A DNA stretch of 7,328 nt from Thecamonas trahens ATCC 50062 (taxonomy: Eukaryota > Protista > Apusomonadida), in the NCBI RefSeq assembly GCF_000142905.1, contig NW_013657580.1, forward strand, positions 1-7,328, in the 5' to 3' direction. The position numbers were made by a program, and so were the translations under genes. Under the pieces are notes generated by a model, which was given only the letters and a program-made list of their open reading frames with translations, searched no databases and had not been told where the DNA came from. Each line of letters opens with the position of its first letter. Positions within the stretch are counted from its first letter, which is position 1. Shown here piece by piece: positions 1-7,328 of the stretch.

Positions 1-697
1 GCCATCTGCGCACCATCGAGCGCTTGGCGACATCGCTGAGGAGCCCCCTCTGTCACGGCATCCCTATTCCAGGAGCGGGCCCTCGGCTACATCGAATGCG
101 TTGACTTTTTGATTCAACGTATGGATGCTTGGCACCCGAACAGGTGTTACTCGCACGGGACGCTCGTCGCAGCCGCTATCCGATCTGGCTCGGTCGCCAC
201 CTTTGAGCGCGTCTCCAACTTGCCTGACTTCAATACCACCGCTGTCATGCGGGCTGGGCGGGATATGTTCTCGATACTCGTTCGCACAGACGGATATTGT
301 ATGCTCAATGCGATTGCCGACTTTGCTGCCCGCAACGCCTCGCTTGCCGAGCACACCAACTTCTTCTTCTTCTCCATGACCGTCGCCATGTCCTTTGCCG
401 ATTGCGTCGATCGTGGACACCCCCCCGCACCTTGCCGCCGTTCTCTCCCGTGCCGCCATCCCGCGTACCGTCTTTACTCGCCTCCTAGCCTCTTTGTTTA
501 TCACCGATGTCCAAGCAGCCGCCATCCATGCCGTCCTTGCTCTCTACGACGCCAACAAGCCAAACCTCGACGCCCCCCCGGGCGCCTCATCACCACCGGG
601 CGCATCGACATCAACGACTTCTCGACCCATCCAAAAGTCCCGCAAACGCAACAAGCGCAAGCGCGGTCCTCGCAAGCTCAAGACTCGCCAGAAGTAA
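1..697 (+). CDS. 3' part of a putative ankyrin-repeat-like protein with a basic C-terminal tail; 5'-truncated, two apparent +1 frameshifts
   Basis: Frame 3 from the window edge reads (G)HLRTIERL. One C removed from C5 at 44-48 joins frame 1 (..ALGYIECVDFLIQ..TLVAAAIRSGSVATFERV..SFADCVDRGH). One C removed from C7 at 420-426 joins frame 2 (PPHLAAVLSRAAI..KSRKRNKRKRGPRKLKTRQK, TAA 695-697). GHL/GYI/GSV helix starts are spaced about 28 and 34 aa, close to the 33-aa ankyrin period. Codons ending in C/G are favoured along this path. The family call is motif-based inference. Confidence 0.5.
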
Positions 698-975
698 CGC
701 AGTGGTGACAACCATCAGCCTCGATCCAGCTCGGACTACCGTCTGCCAACTGCAACGCGCAGAGCACTGACTGGTACAGCCCTCATCGTCACCATCAACG
801 TCAACATCACCATCATCACACGTCCGCTGGATGCGATGTCCCCTCCTTGGCTTCATCATGTTGTGCTGTGCTGAGCACGTGCCCGGCAGAGCTGCAATTG
901 CGAGCTGCCAACCGTGGCAACCACGCGGTGACCACTCCACCTCCCCCACCAACGCACAGCGCCATCCCCACCAAC

Positions 976-1053
976 ATGAACAGGAGCAAGAAAGTCACCC
1001 AACCTCATCTAGTCATCCTTACTATTGCCCTTGTCCTCTCATGTGGCCTCTGT
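976..1053 (+). other. N-terminal signal peptide
   Basis: MNRSKKVTQPHLVILTIALVLSCGLC|DE has a basic n-region, a hydrophobic core and small residues before acidic residues. ATG 976 lies in a CCAACATG context (purine at -3). Confidence 0.7.
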
Positions 1054-4000
1054 GACGAACCGGTCGAGCTCTATCTCCCTTGCTCAACCGCCGCGGCTCC
1101 GGCTATGCCTTTTCCCCGCTTTTCGCTTCCGCTGGTCTCCAACGGCGGCGGTTCCTTATCACCTTTGTGCCTCGCGGGCGATCCGTCAAAATTTTATGCG
1201 TATTGTGGCTGGCAACCAACGCCGGTTTTCTCGGCACACTCGTTCGTCAATGCCTCCTCTCCACCAGCAGTACTAGCAGGTCCTGAACTCTTGCCCAAAG
1301 CAGACACCGTTGGCCCGTTTCTCACTGCTCATCTCAATGCGGATCCATGGATCGATCTCGTTGTGGCAGTGTCGGGCCAAGACACGAACGAGTTGGGCTG
1401 CTCCTTGTGGTGGTTGGCGGGCACCGACGATCCGCTCTCCTTTGCTGCGCCTGCGAGGCTCACTCTTGATACCCCGCCGTATCCTATCAGTTGCAATCGC
1501 GCCACCCGGCCTTCGCTTCTGCGCATGCCGTCGCCGGACGGGGGAAACTTTCCGCTCACTATGATATCCACCTTCACCACCCTCGACCAGTCTGTCTCGC
1601 TCAACGCCATCACGCTCGACGGGCCGATGCCGACAACGCCCAAGCTGCGAGTCCTCGACACCGTCCCCGACTCTTTCGGATTTAACGCCCTTGTTGCCGC
1701 CATCGCGCCCAACATTGTCGCCTTTGCTCCGCTCAACACGATCCGTCTCGTCTCACTCGCTCTCCCGCCGGCCTTTCCGCCGACGGTCTTGCCGCTGCCG
1801 AGCGAGCGTTTTGCCAACGATTCCCAGCTCGTCGCGCTCACCTCGGCCGACGTCAACACGATGGAATCATTGACCTCATCCTCAGCTGCAGACTGTATCT
1901 GCCGCCCATGCNNNNNNNNNNNNNNNNNNNNNNNNNNNNNNNNNNNNNNNNNNNNNNNNNNNNNNNNNNNNNNNNNNNNNNNNNNNNNNNNNNNNNNNNN
2001 NNNNNNNNNNNNNNNNNNNNNNNNNNNNNNNNNNNNNNNNNNNNNNNNNNNNNNNCGCTATCCAGCCTGGTGTTGATAACTTCAACTTTGAGCTCTTTGC
2101 CATGCGCTTTGATCCAACAACCATGACACCTTCGGCCCTCACCGAGCTCTCGCCACTCGACGACGCGGGAGAGGCCACCAGCGCTGCGCTTGTTGTCTCG
2201 CCCTCGACCGACCCAGGTGCCTTTGGCTCTATCATTGTTGCGCGCGTCGTGGTCGAATCAGCTACTTCGGCAAGTAGCGGTGCCTCGTATCTCGTTGCCC
2301 CGCCTGCCTCCCCGCTGCCCGCAGACTCTCCGCATTTGACTCCCTCCCTCCCATCACCTCGTACTCGCACGCCTCCCGCGCCGCCGCAATTGCTGGCCTT
2401 GTCAACTCAGACACCGAGCCCGACATCGTCATTATTGACACCCATCATCAAGTCATCACCTTGATCAACAACATCCAGAGCGGCGTGCAAGCCAGCCAGT
2501 TCCAGCCCATTCTGGGCCCCATCCTCTCCGAGGTCCTTGATTTCGGCACGGGTGCCATCCACATCTCGCTGGCAGACGCAGATGGCGACGGCTCCCAGGA
2601 CCTCATGCTTACTTGTCTCTCATCGCCTACCTCCACTGGCATCTGGTACCTGCCTAACGCAGGTGGTGGTCAGTGGAACCCACTTGTTAGCCTCGCAACG
2701 CTGCCGTTTACCATCATCAACGTTGTTCCCGTCTCCATTCGATCCGCCCTCGCCATCGAGTACATCGTGGCCTTGGACGAGACCAACAACGTCAACTCGC
2801 TTGTTTTTGTCTATCAGATCCAGGCCGGCTCGCCCGTCTTTGCCCACTGCTTCCTCCCGCCGGCACTCAACACAACATCTGAGCTCATTGCTCCGCTCCG
2901 TCCTCGTCACTCGCCGCTACCCTCTGACTCGGGCATCGTCATCGCCCCGCACTTGGCGTCATCCTCTTATCCTCTCTTCTGGGTCACGCTGGACCAGCTC
3001 GGCCATGAGTGCAAATGGAGCAGTACCACGCTGACTGTGCTGCCTGGTCGACCTAGTGCTCTCGTTGCTGGTCCTATCGGGCCTGGTGCGACAGGCGATG
3101 ACGTCGTCAGCATCATCAATGCCGATAACCATCCCATGCGCGCCACCAGTACGGTCTTCTCGCTCGCCATCATTCGTACCTCGGTCTCGACAACCAACCC
3201 GCCAACCCAAGTTACTCCCATCCTTGCCATGGACACCGCGTGCGGCCATCGATCGCTGGCTTGTTATCATGTCGGTCTTTGGAGGGGCCCGGCAACGATG
3301 TCGTTCTCGTCTGCGGAGCGCATCTGGTGGTATGGCAGGCTGTCGAGCCGGGAATGCTGGCGCCGGCGCCGCAGCGGATTGCCATCAGCGCCGCTTCTGA
3401 CAACGGTGAGACCTTGATCTCGCTCGTTGATCTGGACGGGAACGGCTTTCTGGACATCGTTCGTCTCGCTTCAAACGGCTTGCTGCTCTCGCTACAGCTG
3501 CCGAATCCGTGGCTGGACAACCCATTTGCCGAGCGCATTGTTCCGCTCCCACCGGCCAACTTCGCCTGCACACAGCCGGGCTCGCTCGCCTGTCTCGCCA
3601 CCGCCCTCTCGCACGTCTCCAACTGCAGGTCTGACACCGTGGCTGTCGACTCGATGCTGGAAACATGCAGGATGCAGGATGCCATCAAGATCACACGGTC
3701 GGCCAGTATCGTTGGTTCGAGCGTCGCCAACGCCGGCATCTCCTGCCATGGCAAGGGCATTCTGTTCAGCATCGCTGGAGGTGAGAAGGTTGTTCTCGAT
3801 TCGCTCACCCTCACTCACGCCCACAGCAGTAACCGCTCGATCTTCGGTGCTCCACCGCTGCGGGTCGTCGGAAGCGGCTCGCGGCTTGTGCTTACCAACA
3901 TTGTATTGTCCGGCTTTGCCAATCCGGCCGTCGACGCTGACTACGGCCTTGACATCCTTGCACCGGGCTACGGCGGCGCTCTTTTTATTGCCGATGGTGC

Positions 4001-6844
4001 GGCCGTCGATGTCATCAATTCGGACATCTCCAATTGCGTTGCCGGTTCATCAGGCGGCTTTGCGTACATCACTTCGAAGCAAGTTGCGCCGTCATCTCTC
4101 CGCATCATCCGAAGCAGACTGTACAACAACGCTGCCGTCGCCGGCGGCGTCGTGGCCGTCGGTCGACATGCACTTGTTGTCATCAACAACTGCGCCATCG
4201 ACATCAACATTGTCACCAGCTGGGGCGCCGTGCTGGCGACTGTTGGTAAGGGCATGGGCGTGAGTGTCATCGCAAACGACACGACGTTTTCCGGAAACAA
4301 TGCCGGCGGCTGCGGTGGCGTCATCAGCATTGGCTACAAGACCAGTATGCTTGTCGGCAGCTCGACCTTTGATCGTAACTCGGCCACCGCTGGTGGCGTT
4401 CTCGCCGTCCTGCAGGACTTTAACCCGCAGGTGATCTCTTCCGGAGCGGTCGCTCACCCGGCTCTGCTCAGCCTCCCCTATGTCCGATACGTCGCGGCAC
4501 ACGTTGTACTGGACAACGTCACCGTCACTGACAATGGCGCTGCCTATGGCGGTCTCTTCTTTCTGGTCGGCTGCTCGATTGAGGTTACTGGCCGCGTCCG
4601 CGGCTGGGGCAACAGCGTGCTCGGAGAGGCAGGATCAGTGGCATACGCCTCGCAAGCACTCGGAGAGCACAAAACTGATCTGGGGGTTCTTGTCCGCGGG
4701 ACAAACAAGAGTCGCGCTGATCTTCGCAGCGCGTGCCTGCCCGTGCGCTGGGGAGGTGATGTGGCCACACCGATTGCCACCATCGAGTGGCTCGTTGGCG
4801 CGGATCAGCTCAACGGCACTGCCGTCCCGTCGGGCTTTGCTCTACCGCACAACTTTGCTGTTGTTGTTCGCGACACCAACGGTGCGCTGGTCATTGATTC
4901 GGATGTCGTCATCGAGCTCCAGGTCTACGATGGCAAAGGTGGGAGCTTCGCCATCTTCGGCGGAACGCCGCAGATCATTCTCCGCCAGAACGTCACCGAG
5001 CTGACAAGCATGGGCATTGCTATCACTTCGATGGATCAGATCGGATCCTGGGTTACTGTCCGCGCCTTGGCCTCGTACGCTGCGGTGGAGGGCTTCTCTA
5101 ACGTGGCTACACAAGCCATCTCGCTGCTCATCGATGGCTGCCCTGGGAATCGACCCCCGGTGCCCCACGGCGACAGCGCACTCGTCTGCGTCTGCCCCGT
5201 CAATGCCATATCGATGCAGCTGATTGACGCCGAGACCGGCGTGCAGCGAACAGGCTGTGGATGCACCGCCCAATTCTGGACGCCGAGTCTTCCGGTGGCG
5301 CGATGCGATCGTTGCCCCATCGGCGGAGACTGTGTCGGTGGCGAGGCCAAGCCAAGTGCGGCTGACGGCTACTTCCCCACCTCGGATCCAAGCTACTTTC
5401 TTAAGTGCCCGATTGATGGCGCATGTGCAGGCTCCGGAACTTGTGCTGCTGGCTACAGTGGTCGGCTTTGTGCCAAGTGTGCAAGCGGATGGTACGCAAC
5501 GGGCCTGGTTGCCGGGAAGTGCACGCAGTGCAAACTCGGCGCTGCCGGAACAGCCGCCGTCCTCGCGACCATCGGCGTGCTTTGCATCATCTTACTTGTT
5601 GGCTATGTAGTCACCCCGCAAAGCATCAGCAACGACCGCGCCAGTCGTGCCCCGGGCTCGTTGCAGGAAGCGCCGATGTCGCTATGGGACCGGATCCGCA
5701 GCCACACCGGCAGGATCAAGACCTTGGCTATGTCTTCCATTATCGAACTTGTTGTGGTCGTTCTTCTTGGTGTCTTTGGTCTTGCAAAAGCCTGGGAGGT
5801 CGTGGTCATCGGCCTTTGCCTTGTCACGCTAAGCCTGTACGCCGTAGTCGACAGGCCTGCACAGACAACCCGGATCTCTGCAGTGCTCAAAACCATTGTG
5901 GTCTTTGTGCAGACAGTCGGTGCGGTGCTAAGCTCTGGGAATGGTCTTTTGTCATCATCGTCGTCGCTACACACCATCTATGGCGTGCTTCAGCGTGCCA
6001 GCCTGACCCTCACCGGCCTGGGCTGCCTTGATCTGGGGCAACTGGGCCTCCTCTGGCTCTTTGTGGCTCTGACTGCCGGCCCGGTTCTCCTCTGCCTCGC
6101 CCTCCGATACGCGCCATGCCAGAGTCAGGGCATGCGGCGCCGAGCCGAAGGTGCAGCAGGCACCCTCGGCTACCTTTTTGTCTTTCCACTCCTGCACCAC
6201 TTGCTGGAGCACCTCTCGTGCGTCCCCGATCCGACGCCTGGTGCCCATCGCTCGTACCTGGATGCGGCACCCTGGATCGCTTGCGGCTCGGACGAGCACA
6301 TCGCACTCGTGGTGTCGGCTTTGAGTGTTCTGCTTGGTATTGCCTCTGCAGTTGCCGTCACCAGCACAGTGGCCTGGCGCGCCCATCAAGCTAGTGAGCG
6401 CGAGATCTGCGATGATCGCCTCGTCCCGCTGCTCGACAGTGATGCCGATGGTCATGGTTGCCGAGCATTCGCCTGTTGCCTTTCTTTGGCACACCTTCCG
6501 AGCCGAGGCCCTGGTGGTATGAGGGTGTGGTTTTCACGCGAAGAGTGGCGATTGCGGTGGCGGTGGCGACCATTCCGAGAGGATCGGTCTTTACCAGCGG
6601 TGTGCTAGCCGCGACAGTCGCCGTGTCGCTCGCGGCTCACCTGCACTTTCGTCCGTACATCGACGAAGTCGCACACCGCATGGAGATCACAGGCCTTGTG
6701 GCCGCTCTCATTGTCATTCAGATTGTCGGCATGATGGAGCAAGCCGAAGCCGAGACTTCGATCGCCGTCCTCGCCGCCGAGTTTGTCATTGTCACCATTG
6801 GCGTGGTCGCGACCGGCCTTGTTGTGGCAGCCGGCGCCGTGTAA
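976..6844 (+). CDS. Giant (~1,950 aa) cell-surface multipass membrane protein: signal peptide, FG-GAP repeats, Pmp-like beta-helix, Cys-rich region, ~10-11 TM; frameshifted in this sequence (errors or pseudogene)
   Basis: Reconstructed path: frame 1 976-~1858; frame 3 1860-1911; N gap; frame 2 2057-~2330; frame 1 ~2332-~3278; frame 3 3279-~6455; frame 1 ~6457-6510; frame 2 6512-6844 (TAA). Junctions restore recognisable motifs: ADVN-xDGIIDLIL, GLVNSDTEPDIVII, LEGPGNDVVLV and AFLWHTFRAEA-WWYEGVVFTRR. There is no in-frame stop along this path, and the domain order is coherent from signal peptide to membrane domain. Confidence 0.8.
1327..3461 (+). repeat. FG-GAP/VCBS-like Ca-binding blade repeats (beta-propeller region), protein-level repeat
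   Basis: DxxxDGxxDl-type motifs: AHLNADPWIDLVVA 1327-1368; ADVN-DGIIDLIL 1846-1883; GLVNSDTEPDIVII 2395-2436; ADADGDGSQDLML followed by GIWYLPNAGGGQW from 2572; VDLDGNGFLDIV 3426-3461. Degenerate copies: GPIGPGATGDDVVSI 3070-3114 and LEGPGNDVVLV 3279-3311. Confidence 0.75.
1912..2055. other. Assembly gap (144 N)
   Basis: Run of N seen directly. The coding frame is 3 before the gap and 2 after it, so the gap length is probably an estimate. Confidence 0.98.
3680..4650 (+). repeat. Pmp-like/pectin-lyase-fold parallel beta-helix repeats, protein-level repeat
   Basis: Recurrent (F/I/L/V)xxNxAxxxGG(A/V/L/F) motifs: GYGGALFI 3966-3989; ISNCVAGSSGGFAYI; LYNNAAVAGGVVAV; FSGNNAGGCGGVISI 4287-4331; FDRNSATAGGVLAV 4368-4409; VTDNGAAYGGLFFL 4524-4565. 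These match the GGA(I/L/V) and FxxN signature of chlamydial polymorphic membrane protein repeats. Boundaries are approximate. Confidence 0.75.
5136..5531 (+). other. Cys-rich juxtamembrane region (growth-factor-receptor/laminin-EGF-like)
   Basis: About 15 Cys in 132 codons, including CDRCPIGGDC, KCPIDGAC and CAAGYSGRLCAKCASGWY..KCTQC, ending immediately before the first TM helix. Confidence 0.8.
5541..6844 (+). other. Multipass membrane domain, ~10-11 hydrophobic helices, TRP/Flc-like C-terminal motifs
   Basis: Hydrophobic segments at about 5541-5612, 5724-5786, 5793-5849, 5874-5930, 6042-6104, 6153-6206, 6300-6377, 6512-6574, 6584-6650, 6680-6736 and 6761-6841. Motifs: LKTIVVFVQ, C..SYLDAAPWIACGSDEH, FLWHTFRAEAWWYEGVVFTRR and HFRPYIDEVAHRME. 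Helix count was made by eye. Confidence 0.7.
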
Positions 6845-7036
6845 GCGGCATCCCAGCCTTTAACCCTCATCGGTGCGGTCGTTCGGACGCGTTGTCGCGC
6901 GTCTCAAAGTGAACAACTCGATGATGCTTGACTTCCCGGTGGGAGGCGCGCCCGCACGTGATGGCGGCCGACACGTAGACGCCCGATCAGCCGGGAGAGC
7001 GCGGGGACTTCTTGCGACGGACGAGCTTGCCGGTCG

Positions 7037-7328
7037 GCGTGGCTGTGCAAGTGGTGGCACGCCATCTTGAACTGGATTCTGGACGCCGCGTACGCCCTCT
7101 ACGCTGACGCGAGCCAACGCCCCGCCATGACTCGCTTGGCTTTCTCTACAGCATCATCGGCGCCCTCGCCGCCGTAGCCGACGCCATCAGCTCCGCGCCC
7201 TTCGCCGACTGTTTTCTGTTGTGGCAGCCATGAACACATTGTACTACTCTTTTACCGCAATCTGATGGACGTTGCGACGTCTGTGGAGCGTCGCGGAGCG
7301 CGCGGCTTGCGCGATGCACAAGTTTGTC
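7037..7328 (+). CDS. Possible frameshifted coding fragment of a downstream gene, unknown function; start not defined, runs off the window
   Basis: Protein-like, C/G-ending codon runs in successive frames: frame 2 AWLCKWWHAILNWILDAAYALYADAS (7037-7114); frame 1 HDSLGFLYSIIGALAAVADAISSAPFADCF (7126-7215); frame 2 CGSHEHIVLLFYRNLMDVATSVERRGARGLRDAQVC (7220-end). No family recognised. Confidence 0.25.

Noticed and set aside
575-606. Short direct repeat CCGGGCGC(C/A)TC, and (TTC)4 at 361-372
   Set aside because: Coding micro-repeats (PPGAS twice, FFFF); not CRISPR repeats, terminal repeats or target-site duplications.
847-975. Upstream TTG start for the large gene
   Set aside because: Non-ATG start in a eukaryote-like gene; ATG 976 directly precedes the signal peptide.
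3271-3284. 14-nt GT..AG mini-intron that would also fix the frame
   Set aside because: Implausibly short with weak splice signals, and it removes part of a degenerate FG-GAP motif. One missing base is simpler.
976-3461. Calling the gene an integrin alpha
   Set aside because: It has FG-GAP-like motifs but no single TM with a GFFKR tail; the rest of the architecture differs.
2537-6031. Long alternative + frame ORFs (2537..3034, 3427..4263, 4480..5004, 5423..6031)
   Set aside because: Ser/Pro/Arg/Cys-rich off-frame translations caused by codon bias of the real frame.
64-6573. Many minus-strand ORFs (e.g. 64..525, 1329..1859, 3212..3814, 5967..6494)
   Set aside because: They overlap the motif-bearing + strand genes and have no recognisable motifs; these are the antisense shadows expected in GC-rich coding DNA.
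3240-6608. Treating the 1122-aa ORF as a complete gene
   Set aside because: It begins at a GTG inside the FG-GAP region with no signal peptide, and its last ~50 residues are out of frame while the TM domain continues to 6844.
3680-6844. Bacterial autotransporter/Pmp
   Set aside because: No C-terminal beta-barrel; the Cys-rich region and alpha-helical TMs indicate a eukaryotic secretory-pathway protein.

Overview
GC-rich, gene-dense DNA that reads like a unicellular eukaryote (protist) draft assembly rather than a prokaryote. This is inferred from protein architecture; no taxon can be assigned from the window. It contains a 144-N gap at 1912-2055. The ORF track is misleading: the + strand ORFs 847..2076, 2102..2464, 2461..3417, 3240..6608, 6325..6522 and 6458..6844 are pieces of ONE gene of about 1,950 codons (ATG 976 to TAA 6844), broken by at least five apparent single-base frameshifts plus the gap. 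Stitched together it encodes a signal peptide, an FG-GAP (integrin-alpha/VCBS-like) beta-propeller region, Pmp-like GG(A/V)/FxxN parallel beta-helix repeats, a beta-rich stalk, a Cys-rich region and about 10-11 transmembrane helices with TRP/Flc-like C-terminal motifs. That is a giant cell-surface receptor/adhesin-like protein. Upstream is the 3' part of a similarly frameshifted ankyrin-like gene with a basic tail (ends 697). Downstream there may be a third broken coding fragment. The frameshifts mostly sit in short homopolymer runs and are most simply sequencing errors; pseudogenisation or recoding are alternatives. No RNA genes, mobile elements or CRISPR arrays were seen.
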